A stretch of DNA of 63,691 nucleotides, filler included, from Reclinomonas americana ATCC 50394 (taxonomy: Eukaryota), in the NCBI GenBank assembly GCA_048213135.1. It is 20 parts of 20 records of this genome, joined end to end, with 100 filler letters (N's around TTAATTAATTAA, not from the genome) between each part and the next. Parts side by side here need not be neighbours in the genome. Positions count along the whole stretch, not along the records: positions 46,899 to 50,903 come from AFZH01024076.1; positions 51,004 to 53,453 come from AFZH01024077.1; positions 53,554 to 58,426 come from AFZH01024078.1; positions 58,527 to 63,691 come from AFZH01024079.1; 16 more parts are not named here. One strand, 5' to 3'. The position numbers and the translations under genes are program-made. Position 1 is the first letter of the stretch, and the number at the start of each line of letters is the position of its first letter. Of this stretch, positions 47,426 to 59,198 are shown in pieces. The notes under the pieces were generated by a model. That model had not been told where the DNA came from, did not search any database, and saw only the letters and a list, made by a program, of their open reading frames with translations.

Positions 47426-47614
47426 ATCCGCGGCAAGCTGCATGCCTTTGATCAACACTTGAACATGGTGGTGGAGGATGTGGAGGAGACGGTGACCACG
47501 GTGAACATTCGCGACGACGGCACAGAAGAGGTGCAGACGACGACGCGACATGTACCAATGTTGTTTGTGCGTGGCGACGGCGTGATTTTGGTGTCTCCAC
47601 CCGTGCGCACGTGA
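47426..47614 (+). CDS. LSM3: U6 snRNA-associated Sm-like protein LSm3, last exon
   Basis: After a CAG acceptor it reads [26 protein letters not shown]...[21 protein letters not shown]. Not present in the supplied ORF track. Confidence 0.92.
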   Translation: MRGKLHAFDQHLNMVVEDVEETVTTVNIRDDGTEEVQTTTRHVPMLFVRGDGVILVSPPVRT

Positions 47615-47765
47615 GTCGGGCCGCCCGCGGATGCGTGAGCGTAGTGAATTATTGGCGACGTATCATCATTAATCATGCCACTTCACCTCGCACTTCACTG
47701 CACGACCCCGGCTGCGACTCTCTCTTCTCCCGCTTTCTGCACCTCGTGCGCGAGACCACAAAAAA

Positions 47766-50700
47766 TTACAACTTGGCGCGCAACTGCAGGCGCATCTTGA
47801 CCGGCCCCAGCTCCAGCACCTCCTTGGCCACGCGCTCTCCGCTCTCTAGCGCGCCCTCAATGTATCCGACCCACACGCTGGCCGTCTCTGTGCCCGTCCA
47901 GTGGATGCGGCCGCAGGGAACGCGAAGCTGTGATGCCACCTGTGCGGGGTGCAGAGAAAATGGTGCACAGTCAGTCGCGGAAGGGAGAGGGAAGAGAGAA
48001 GAGACGGGCAGATGCCTTCCCCAAAAAGGAGCCACAAAGAGAGGGATGGCGAGGACGTAAAAGAGGCAACGGCGTTGGAAGCATGGACAGAATCCGCATG
48101 GACAGAAGAGAAGAAGCGCAATGCAACTGCCATTGATGCGTTGTCGCTCGTCGCCCTCACCATACCTCTCTGTGTACAGTCTCCCACCTTGTCACTCGGC
48201 TTTTCCCGCTATCTCCCTCATGCTCAAACAAAGTTCACATCGATTGTTATCCATGCATCACACAAGCAATCACCAGTCACCCATGCCATTCTCATTCTTT
48301 GGCACTGTCTCTGTCTCGCAAGCTCTGCGAGTTCTCTGCACACCAACGACATTTTCTCTTGTCGCCATCGCCACCCCTTTCTTTGTTCAGATGCGTCAAC
48401 CAACACGTGCGTGTTCTTCTCTCTCTCTCTCTCATGCACCCCCTCCCTTTCCCCCTTCTCCCTCTTCCCTTTCTCCCTCCCCACCCACCTCCTCATTCAA
48501 TCCGGGCACCACATTCGCCACGTAGCAGCCGCGCGAGTGAATCTCTGACTGCCAATCGTCTGTTGTGCACACACACACGAGTCAGCCACACGCCACTCTC
48601 CCACTCCACTGGAATAATATTGAAGACGCAACGCATGGCCATGGCGAGCGGGTGCGCGGCCTCCTCGCCAAACCAGCCCACCAGCTGGTCAATCAGCTTC
48701 TTTCGCAGCTTCTCCCGCTTCGCCGGGCATCCCTCCACCGAGTTGGCGTCGGGGTTGGTGCCGGCACCGGCCCACTTGCGCGCGCTCTTGCCGACGAGGA
48801 AGCCGACCAACGCCGGGACCAGCGTGCCGTCCTTGCCGGGGAAGGAGTCGTCGTAGACGAGCGAGAAGCCGTCGCCGTCCGAGAGCACCTCGCCACTGAA
48901 GCCCTTGTTGCGCCAGAAGGGGTGGCTGTACAACAGCAGGATCTGCGCCACGAGTCAGGACGAAGAATCACGAGATAACAGAGTCCATCATCTCTCCCAC
49001 GAACCTTGACGACGCTTCCCATGGGCATGTGCTGGAAAATGGCGTCGCGCGAGTACGGCAACGCCGGCTCGTACCAGATGCGGCCGGCAATGGGTGGCGG
49101 CACGGCCATGATGCACACCTGGCGCGCGTGCACCGCCGTGTAGCCCGAATCACTGTCCATCTCCACGAGCACGCCGGTGGTTGGGCGGCCGTTGAGGGCA
49201 CGCGAGGCGGCACGGCCCTGCAGCACGCGTGTCACACGCGACTTGAGCAGCAGTCGATGCTGGGGGAGCTGGCTGGCGAGGCCCGTGGAAATCTGCATCA
49301 TGCCACCGACCACGCGGTCCTGTTGCGCACCGCCGTGGATGTTGGCCACATTGGCGTCTACCTCACACAAATAAAGACAAAGAGTGAGACGAATCCCAAG
49401 CAGGAGGGCTAAACAGGGATGGATCACGCAACAGCCGCCGGTCTTGTTCAAAAACGTGGCATAGTACGCCGGCGAAATCTGCTTCGGATCGCACGCATAC
49501 ACCGTGCGCAGCAGCAACGACAGAATGGTGCGCGCAAACGGCGTCTTCATCTCGCGCTGCATGCGCGTTTCCATCGTTTCCTCGTCGGCGCTCTCCGGCA
49601 CCGTCCCGTTCGGCACGTCCTTGAGAGCCATCACATCCAGTCGCTCGATCTCGGCGTCCAGGTCGGCGGCTGAGGTGCCGGCGCTGATGTTGCCGCTGTG
49701 GGGAGGGAGAGGTGGAACAGGGGGGGTGGGGAGGGAGAGGGTGAGAAGAGGTGGAGGAGAGGGAGAGGATGGGAAGGGCAGTGGCCTAGATACATATGAG
49801 GGTCGTAGAGCAGGATAAGAGGCAGTGAGTGAGAGGACAGAAGCATCAACACGGCAGTTGTGTGCAGAGTGGAGGATGAATAAAGCGGTAAGAGAGAGAG
49901 AGAGAGAGAGCAAAGAAGAAGAAGAAGAAGAAGAAGAAGAAGAAGAAGAAGAAGAAGAAGAAGAAAGAAAGAAAGATCGAAAGAGAAAGATGCCAACGGA
50001 GAGAAGGGACAACATGAAAACGATCTTCGTGTTGCGCGAGAAGAGAGTAGAGAGCAGAAAGAGTGTACGCGCGACTGAAAGAGGGACAGGAGAGCGAGAG
50101 GCAGACGGAGAGAGACAGAGAGGTACTAGAGAGAAGGACAAGTTGGTCACGGCGTCGACTCAACCATCGACAACAGCAAGGAGGCAGCAAGCACGAGAAA
50201 GTGAGAGGCAAGCGCGCGCGCGAGAGAGAAAGGAACAGCAACAAGACGACAGAGCAGCGACCGTTGGCGTCGACTCAACCATCGACTGCAGCAAATGCAA
50301 TGGCAGAGAGAGCCAAAGGGTGGCAAAAAGCAAGCACGAGAGAGTGTATGAGAGACAAAGCGAGAGATAAACAAGAAGAACCAGACGAGAGAGCAGCGTC
50401 TATTCAAGCAACATCTGCGTCATCCACAGCAGAAGCCAAGGGCAGACAGAGCAAAGCAGGCTGCAAGCACAACAAAGAGAGAGAGGCAAGGCAGAGAAAT
50501 GAACAACAGCTACAAGATGACAGACACAGTCTGTTCAAGCGACAGCTCAAAGAGAGAGAGAGAAACAACAAGAAACAGATGACGACTAGGCTGCAGAAGG
50601 CAAAGGGACACAAGCGTAAACAAGTAAACACTGCAGGATGAAGAGAGAGAGAGAGAAGCGGGAGAGAAAGAGAAACAGATGACGACTAGGCTGCAGAAGG

Positions 50701-51518
50701 CAAAGGGGCACAAGCGTCAACAAGTAAACACTGCAGGATGAAGAGAGAGAGAGAAGCGGGAGAGAAAGAGAAACAGATGACGACTAGACTGCAGAAGGCA
50801 AAGGGTCAACAAGTAAACACTGCAGGATGAAGAGAGAGAAGCGGGAGAGAAAGAGAATGCGCAAAATCTCTTCCCCGTTTCCTTCCCTTCCCTCCTTTCC
50901 CCCNNNNNNNNNNNNNNNNNNNNNNNNNNNNNNNNNNNNNNNNNNNNTTAATTAATTAANNNNNNNNNNNNNNNNNNNNNNNNNNNNNNNNNNNNNNNNN
51001 NNNACCCACTTGACCGACCCAAACTACAAAAACAATGATCCAACGTGCTTCCCGTCGAGGCGTCCTCGCACAACAACAACAACAACAGAGCACACACACA
51101 CACACGCACACAAACACACACACACACACAAACAAATGAGTAAGATGCGCGCGCGAATCTGTGCATCTCGCAGATGCAAATGCAGCTCTCTTTCCTCTCT
51201 CTCTCTCACACACTCACTCATTCACTCGTTCTTCTTCTTGTTCTTCTTCTTCTTCTCTCTCACTCACCAACACCAGAGGCAGAGGGCGACTGAAGGTGCG
51301 TCCACCAACTCGATCGCGCGCCTCCAACACAATCACCTCCAGTCCTGCTTGCGTCAACAGTGTCGCAGCGCGGAGACCAGCTGAGAGAGAGAGAGAGAAG
51401 AGTGAGCACACACACACACACACACTGCTCTCTCTCTCTCTCTCTGTGTGTGCGTTTGTGACTGACCGACTCCTGCGCCAACGACGACCACATCGCACTC
51501 GCGAATGCGTTTTGCCAT
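47766..51518 (-). CDS. Flavin-containing amine oxidase (MAO/putrescine oxidase-like), multi-exon, C-terminal PTS1; crosses one spacer
   Basis: CDVVVVGAG...AGLRAA...LEARDRVGGRT, GGAQQDRVVGGMMQIS, PMGSVVK, FWRNKGFSG, and RIHWTGTETASVWVGYIEGALESGERVA...AKL*. Confidence 0.88.
50571..50856. repeat. Three ~100-bp tandem copies in an amine oxidase intron
   Basis: AGAAACAGATGACGACTAG.CTGCAGAAGGCAAAGGG...CAAGTAAACACTGCAGGATGAAGAGAGAG at ~50571, ~50671 and ~50769. Confidence 0.85.
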
Positions 51519-51837
51519 TCTCTGTTGTTGTTGTTGTTGTTGTTGTTGCAGTCGGTGTGCGCAAGAGGGAGGAGACTGGTGAGCGGATCGATTTGTGTGG
51601 GACAGAGAACGAAGTTGAGACACGTGGGGCCTGAGGTATCCCACAGCACACGGCTTGCGACAAGCCGCAGCAACGCCATAATAGAAACTTCACTGATCAA
51701 ACGATGAGCATCGCCGACAAGTCTCGTGTGCCATCCTTCTTTCGAATTCATAACGAGACAACGTGCACGAAACAACAAACACAACACAACACGAACCACA
51801 TCAACAAGGCAGCGACAAAACGAATCGGGCATCGCAT

Positions 51838-52920
51838 TCACCACCGCATATCGGGGTCGGTTCGCCATCGATACACCACAACCTCTGCCTCCTCGACCAG
51901 GAAGCATCGGAGCACGATTTCAGGCAAGCAGCGCAAGGCTCTTTCATCTTCCGTCTGCATCTCCTGCACGGCTTGCATGGCCAAGCGTGCGTCGCGAAGC
52001 TCGCTACTGGCTAGACCGCGCGGTGTGGACCACACGAGCACTGCCTTGTCACCGCCCCCACTTACGATGTACTGCCCATCGGGGGTGACGGCAACGCAGC
52101 ACACAGTTGTAGTGGGTCCCTCCAACAGTCGCACTTCCTTGCCACTCGCCAGGGACCACACACGCACTGTGTTGTCCCAGCTCCCACTCACGACGTGTTC
52201 ATCATGGGGGGGAGTGACGGCGACAGACGTCACCCACCTCGAGTGTCCCTCGAATCGTCGCACTTCCTCTCCATTCACAAGAGACCACACACTTGCGGTC
52301 CCGTCTGCACAGCCACTTACAACGTGCTGACCGTCGGGAGTCACGGCGATAGAGTTCACCGCTCCTGAGAGTCCCTCCAAGTGACACACCTCACTTCCAC
52401 TTGCTAGCGACAATACGTGTACTGCGTTGCCCTCAGTGCCAATGACGACGTGTTGCCCGTCTGGGGTCACAGCGACACACCACACTGCGCCAGTGCGTCC
52501 GTCCAACTGTCGCACCTTCTCACCACTCGCCAGCACCCACACTCGCACTGTGCCGTCTTGACTGCCACTCACAATGTGCTGACCATCGGGAGTGACGGTG
52601 ACAGCCATCACCCACGCCGCGTGTCCCTCCAACCGTCGCAATTCTGTGCCACTCCCCAGCGACCACACTCGCACTGTCTTGTCCTGCCCGCCGCTCACAA
52701 TGTGCTGGCCATCGGGAGAGATGGCAATCGACCACACTGTGCCGCGGAAGCCCGTCAACTTTTGCACTTCTTCACCGCTCGTCACTGACCACACTCGCAT
52801 AGTGCTGTCCGCACTGCCACTCACAATGTGCTGGCTATCGGGAGTGGCAACGATAGATTGCACCACTGCAGTGTGCCCGTGCAGGCACTTGCAGAGAGGA
52901 AGAGAGGGAGGTGACGGCAT
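51838..52920 (-). CDS. Intronless 7-bladed WD40 protein with a short C-terminal helical tail
   Basis: From MPSPPSLPLCKCLHGHT, seven repeats of the type AVTPDGQHIVSGSxDxTVRVWSLASGEEVR. Tail ELRDARLAMQAV...LPEIVLRCFL. Confidence 0.85.
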   Translation of the reverse strand: MPSPPSLPLCKCLHGHTAVVQSIVATPDSQHIVSGSADSTMRVWSVTSGEEVQKLTGFRGTVWSIAISPDGQHIVSGGQDKTVRVWSLGSGTELRRLEGHAAWVMAVTVTPDGQHIVSGSQDGTVRVWVLASGEKVRQLDGRTGAVWCVAVTPDGQHVVIGTEGNAVHVLSLASGSEVCHLEGLSGAVNSIAVTPDGQHVVSGCADGTASVWSLVNGEEVRRFEGHSRWVTSVAVTPPHDEHVVSGSWDNTVRVWSLASGKEVRLLEGPTTTVCCVAVTPDGQYIVSGGGDKAVLVWSTPRGLASSELRDARLAMQAVQEMQTEDERALRCLPEIVLRCFLVEEAEVVVYRWRTDPDMRW

Positions 52921-53149
52921 GTGGGGAGGGGAGAGGAGAGGGCAAGAGGAAGTAGCGAAGGTGCAGTGTGTGCCACCAGAGAGAGAGATTCCGCTCTCCG
53001 TTCGATGTGAATGCACGATTAGATGTTCTTCGTCAACCTGCACGCTGCGCGGGACGTGTACGACTCGAAGTTGACTTGAAGGGCCGCTCTCACAGTTGAT
53101 GAAAGCACATTGAAACCCCACAAGCGCAAACACTTCATTGACTTTGTAT

Positions 53150-53453
53150 TCACCACCGCATATCGGGGTCGGTTCGCCATCGATACACCACAACCTCTGC
53201 CTCCTCGACCAGGAAACAACGCAGCACAATCTCTGGCAAGCAGCGGGCACCTCTTTCATCTTCCGTCTGCATCTCCTGCACGGCTTGCATGGCCAAGCGT
53301 GCGTCGCGCAACTCGTCGCTTGCCAGACCGCGCGGCGTGCTCCACACGCGAACTGTCTTGTCACCGCAGCCGCTCACGATCCGCTCACCGTCGCGAGTGA
53401 CAGCAACAGAGCACATCGGCACCCTCACCCCGTGACACTCCATCTGGCGCATC
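53150..53453 (-). CDS. 3' end of a tandem paralog of the WD40 gene
   Basis: Last WD repeat plus a near-identical C-terminal tail (VWSTPRGLASDELRDARLAMQ...DPDMRW*). Confidence 0.85.
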
Positions 53454-53899
53454 NNNNNNNNNNNNNNNNNNNNNNNNNNNNNNNNNNNNNNNNNNNNTTA
53501 ATTAATTAANNNNNNNNNNNNNNNNNNNNNNNNNNNNNNNNNNNNNNNNNNNNGAGTATGCGGGTTGGCTTGACCTCACCCGGCAAGTGCGCCACGCGGC
53601 ACGGGGTGATGTTGGAACGCACACGCGTCACAAAACCTGACGCGTGTGTGTTAAACGAGATAAAACGGGGCAACCCTGAGTGCGACTCACATGCACACAC
53701 ATGCACAGACATACACATGCACAGACACACACATGCACACACACATGCACACACACGCACAAGCGCACACCTACAAACTAGTACTAAAGCACACACACAC
53801 GCACGCACGCACACGTGAGACAAACCGTGCATGCTCACGACTGGCAGTGCGCCTACCGCGTTCACAGCAGAACGCAGTGCGGCACCGACTCGGCACAGC

Positions 53900-56199
53900 A
53901 TCTGATGCGCTCAGGGAAGTGCGCGTCAAGGAACAAGCGGGGGTGTGCGAGCATCATCAGTCAGCCTTGAATTTTTCGAAAGTGAACCCTTAAGTTTTCC
54001 TGGGCCTCTTCATGTCACTCTTAACGCATCCTTGTACGTCATGGATCCCGGGCAGCTGCAGCTTCACCGCGGTTCCGTCGAGTGCCGTCTTGTGTCCAAG
54101 GATGTGGAGGAATGCATCGTCAACCGTACCTACAACCCCACTGGCCGCGGCGCGCTCCGTTTTGCTGAGCTATCGACAACGACACTGTTCAACACTCACG
54201 TGCTAGAGCAGCTGGCCTTGCCCGACTGTGGAGATCGCGCAAGTCTCACTGTTCTCCAAGCAGACGACGAGTGGAGTGTGCATCTTCTCTCCTGCGGAGA
54301 TGTTGCATTGGCGCCAAACTTGTTCAGTAACCACTGCAACTGCACGCACGCACACACACACACACAACACACAACACACACACACACATGCACTCAAGCA
54401 CACAAGCACATGCACAGCTGGCACAGTGTTAATTCTCCGCACATTTTGCGGCTCACTGCATTTCTCGTCTCCAGCCTCCCATGCAGGGCGAAGCATGCAG
54501 GCCAACAGTATGACTATGACCTTGTACCGTGGCGACCTACCTGGCAAAGTGACCTCCTACAGCAGGCACAGGAATCGGTGCTGTACCTTATCGGTGAGTG
54601 GTGGCTCATTTGCGTCTGTGGTTCCGCTGTCGCACTCAATCAGAACAGTGGTCTGCACTGCTGTTAACGTTCCACGCGAGCGCAATGACAACACCGTACT
54701 GTCTTATCGTGGTGGAGCTGGTGGTGGTTCCATTGGCAAGCGCGTTCGCGAAGGAGACGGCGATGAAGATGGGCAGCAGGAGAAACGCAAATTCGTCGCA
54801 GTCGAACTCCTCGGGGTCCGCCTCTGGCTCTGGTTCCTCTTCCTCCTCCAGGGTCGATGCGGCTGCCGCAGCTATCGCAGGGAGACAATCGAATTCCGAA
54901 ATCGCAGCAGCAACGAGAGCTTGCTCTCGTCTGATCTCGGATTTCAGCAACTCTCCGCAGGTCTGATCGACGCGAAGTATGCACCGTCTGCATCCAAGGA
55001 CACCATCTGGCGGTTTGTCATCGGCAAGACAGTGGTTCCTTTCAACCGGTTATCTCAGCGGACCGCAGTCGTCGGGTGCGCCCGCTGCGCCCGTTGCACA
55101 TCCCCGGTTGGCTGCCAATCGGGACACACGGACTGCCGCTGCCGCGGCGCTCGCCGCTGCGCCGGCCGCATAAGCATCTGCGTCGGGATCGGCGCCTCCG
55201 CCCTTGCTGGCAACGCAGCTGCAGCGCCCTTTGGCGGCGGTCGCAGCTTCTCTGCCAAATGCAATGACTTTCACGGTCGGCCGGTCGCAACGCCCTGTGC
55301 TCATTCCTGCAGGTGGCAGGGGTGCAGCGCTTCAGAATGCCATGGGTAGCCAGACAGTTCTGGTTCCCGTCCGCCGCCCTAGCCCTGTCGGCTCCCACGG
55401 CAAGCAGCCGTCACCGTTGTCGGCATTGGTTCGCAGTATCGATGCCGATCGGTCGAGTCCAGGGCTGGCAGCACCAGTGCCACCGCTGGAACTGCAGCCG
55501 GTGCCTGCACCTCCCTCTTGTGCACCAGATGGTGTTCCGGTTTCTGACGCAGTGGTGGGGACCACAGATGCTGCGCACGTGGGTCGCCTGTACTCGGTGG
55601 TCTCCCTGCTGCTCTTCGACGACATTCTGCTCACCAATCTATTGTTGCGTGCCGACACAATGCACGCATTCCTTCGCCGCCTTGCCTCTGGACTAAAGAT
55701 GCTGATCGCAGACCGGAGTGCGGCGTTCTCAATCGGTATTTGAGTTGCAAGTGTGTTCACGCCGCCTTTCCCGACATTCCCCTCTTCAATGTCGACAATC
55801 TGGTGATGGAGGTGCGTGCGCGAAATGGAGAAAGTGCGGCTGCACCGATGCTTTGGATCTGATCTCAAACCACACACAGCTCGCCAAGCGCTGTGAGCAC
55901 ATTTCGGACGACCTCTGTCGGGATCCGCGATGGAAGTTCTGCCACTTCGCTTCAAACACTGATCCACTGCAGAGAGATGACTGACTTTTATGTGCAGACC
56001 ATTATTCATCTGGATCACGCCACCACAAGCCGGCACCGCCGTCGACGAGCTGACCATGGAATCGTCGGATCTCGACGATCGGCGGCAGTCGTCTGTGCTG
56101 GCATTACGATCCGACGAGCCAGAGCCCGACTTTGAAGTCGTGCACAATGTGTTTGTGTTTGCCCTCTGCGAAGTGATTGCGGTGACGGGCATCAAGTGA
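53900..56199 (+). CDS. Hypothetical multi-exon eukaryotic protein, 3' part
   Basis: Exons are joined in frame by introns, e.g. 55644-55711, ~55812-55879 and ~55936-55997. No family recognised. Confidence 0.5.
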
Positions 56200-56287
56200 A
56201 ACACCATCAATCGATATTACCGACGATCTTACACCATGGACAAATCAAATGTGCTCGCTCTCGGAGGGCGTTTTCATTGGCACACAC

Positions 56288-58426
56288 ATGGAGGCAGTCG
56301 ACGCCACCGTCACCTATGAGGTCGTCATCGTGCCCGTACTCACCGAGTGTGATCCACCCGCCGATGCCGACAGTTGCGCTGCTCTCTCTTTCTCTCTCTC
56401 TCCCACACTCATTCACTCACACATGACTGAGAGCAGATGAAGGCCCGTCGAGTGCCTCACCACCGAAGCAGCGCCCACTGGTTCCGCTGCTTCAGCAGCC
56501 GGTAATTGAGCTGCAGAACACGTTCCGACCCAGCGATCCACTCATCACAGTTGCGCGATGAGAAGACCGACACTGTCCCTTCTCTTCATTCTTTCCTCAC
56601 TCTTTCTTCCTGGCACAGAGTGAATCATTGGCGTGGCCTCTGGAGGGCGGCGACGATCGAGCGTATCGATGGACGACCACTTCGACCATGCGCGTCACCG
56701 AGGAGACTCTCGATGCCATCTGTCGCACACCGTTTGTCAATGTCACGCTGAATGGACTGCGGGAGCCGTCGCTTGCTCCACCGCCGACGCCAGAAGAGGC
56801 TGCGGCCGCGGCAGCAGCAGCAGCTACGGCTGCGGCTGCAGCTGCGGCAGCGGCTGGCAAGGGTGGTAAGAAGGGACCGGCTGCTCCACCACCAGCAGCA
56901 GCTGGAGCGGCAGTCGGTGGTGCTGACAATGGGCCGGAGCGCAAGTGTGCGACTGCCGTCAACTTTTGTGACTTTGTGACGGGAGCGGCGTTGGAGTGGA
57001 CGACCGAGCTGCAGAGTCCGCATCCGCATATCCGCTCGGTGCTGGTCCGTGCTCGTGTATCGCAGTGTCTGTGTCCGGCACCGCACGCACAGCGTCTGTA
57101 CTATCCCGTGTCGGTGTCGTTGTCGGGCGTGTTTCATTTGCCGACGGTGGTGAGCGGCGTGGATTTGTCCAAAGTCTGCGCTCCAGTGTTGCGTCAGCTT
57201 GATCTTGCACACACAACGAGCACTCCGTCCGTTCTCACCCTGGTTTCGTGCGCAGACGTGTGGAGGTCGATTTGTCGGGACCGTTCACGCTCCCACAGCC
57301 GGCCGGATCGCCGTCGTCGCCAGTCGGCAGTGGAACGGGCAGTTCGGTGGTGGGTGCGGGTGGTGCCGCTGCTGGGCCTCCCACATACGCCGGCTTCGAG
57401 GTGCGCACTCCGGACAGCAATCGACAGGGCATTCTGCGTTTTGGCGACACGCAGCGCCTCTTTCTGGTTGGCAAGTTGTGCCCGGGCGGCGACTTTGACG
57501 GACTGGCACACCGACTGCGCGAGTTCCCCGTGATTGTTCGCGTCTTTGATCGGGATCCAGCGCAGCCAGTGGAGGGCGCCGATCCACCTCCGTTCGCCAT
57601 GGCTCACGTCTGTTGCGTTTCTTGTTTCCACGGAAGCGACCGTAGTCGATGTTTTTTCCGCGTGTTGTTTGTTGACCTGGCGAATGGATATCGCAGTTTT
57701 TTCGGAGCTGGTGGAGGGTGTCAAGTGTTTCCAGGATTCTGCGCCTCTGCGTCCATCACGAGCTCGTCGTGGAAGCGCCCTCGTGCAGGGTGCACTGCGT
57801 GATGTCATGCGAAAGAAGCCGTCGGGAAGTGCGTCGTTTGTGTGTTTTGTGCTGTTGAGTCGCTCATGTGGCCTGACCGTTCCTTCGTGCAGTCCCCGCC
57901 GGTGGATACGTGGAGAGTGAGGCGGCAATCAAGCTGCGTGTGCGCAGCTCTGCATCATTGCCGTCCCTTGTCCGTGAACAGCGAAGTGCGTTGCTGGCCA
58001 CTCCACCACCTGCAGAAGGAGCTGCTGCTCCGGCGACTGCTGGTGTGTTTCTCTTGGCGTCAGCAGATAATTGTTCAGGTGATTTTTTCTGGTGCTGACG
58101 CCATTTGCAGCAGCCGCTGGTGCACCTTCAGTTGTGGATGTTCCGGCGCTTCTGGAATACAATCGTGCCTTTGCCACTGTCAAGTTGCGTCGCCGAGATG
58201 CGTGCGCTATGAAAATGACGCTTGCACGTCTCTCACATCGCACCGCACTGTCCACAGCTACGCGGCCAATGCGGCAGTGGACTCGATCTACACGTACTTG
58301 ATCGACAATCAACAGAGAACAGCTGCCGCGTTGGAGGTTGGTGACAACCGTTCTTTGGGATTGAGTAGTTGTGGATGGCTGACACGGCTGTCGTGCGCAC
58401 ACAGGATCTCAAGGCAGCGCAGGCTG
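56288..58426 (+). CDS. CFAP92 (KIAA1257)-like cilia/flagella-associated protein, multi-exon; runs into a spacer
   Basis: RLYYPVSVSLSGVFHLP, FGDTQRLFLVG, PVIVRVFDRD, PFAMAHVFFSELVEG, GGYVESEAAIKLRV and YNRAF occur in the same order as the CFAP92 motifs as recalled (LNPL..I..ASCLP, VEVHDRD, PYGIAQVSF.DLL.G, GNYLEADSQLKLRV). Confidence 0.6.
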
Positions 58427-58577
58427 NNNNNNNNNNNNNNNNNNNNNNNNNNNNNNNNNNNNNNNNNNNNTTAATTAATTAANNNNNNNNNNNNNNNNNN
58501 NNNNNNNNNNNNNNNNNNNNNNNNNNCGATACAGAGGTGCAGGAGCTACGCACTCACTTTGTAATGTGAACTGCAGA

Positions 58578-58993
58578 CGAGCGCCACCACTGGAGGACCT
58601 GCCGAGCACCATGTACACCGACGAATCGTTTGTGGATCCCAATAAGAAGCCGTTTGGCTTGTCGCTGACGGTGAGCCGTGCCATGAAATGCACGTTCCTA
58701 GTTGTTGTTGTTGTTGCTCATCTCTCACTAACGCAGAACTTTGACACGGCGCACGGCATCATTGTGACGGTGGGCAAGCCGGAGACGGCCGACATCACCA
58801 AGTTTGTGGCAGATCGGGACTTCACGTTGCGTAACAGAGTTCTCTGTGCCTGGCGGGCGAGTCGCCTCACTTTTTTCTCTCTCTTGTGCGTAGACGGTAC
58901 ATTCCCAAACGCGAGAGTGCACTCGCCAGCCAGACATTCATACATCGACGACGAATTCCACCCATAGAGCGACCGCAGGCGCAGTCGAGATGA
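58578..58993 (+). CDS. 3' exons of a eukaryotic gene, possibly the end of the CFAP92-like gene
   Basis: Exons joined by introns, including 58826-58893, give ...KFVADRDFTRYIPKRES...QSR*. Confidence 0.4.
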
Positions 58994-59198
58994 CATTCGT
59001 AACAAAGTGTAACAATATAATTCGATGTGTATACAACAACAAACTACGGGAGGTACATTAATGGGAGGGGGGAAACAAAAGGCACAGAACACGCAGCCGC
59101 AAATGCAGATAAAAATGATATCCACAACTACAACAACAATCGATACACACACACATAGAGGCTGCGTCGCACTCTTTTGCTCAATCTCTCGGCAAACT

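Noticed and set aside
51838..53364. The 508-aa ORF as one protein
   Set aside because: Its first ~148 codons read through the upstream paralog's tail in another frame and the intergenic DNA. The WD40 gene more plausibly starts at ATG 52920.
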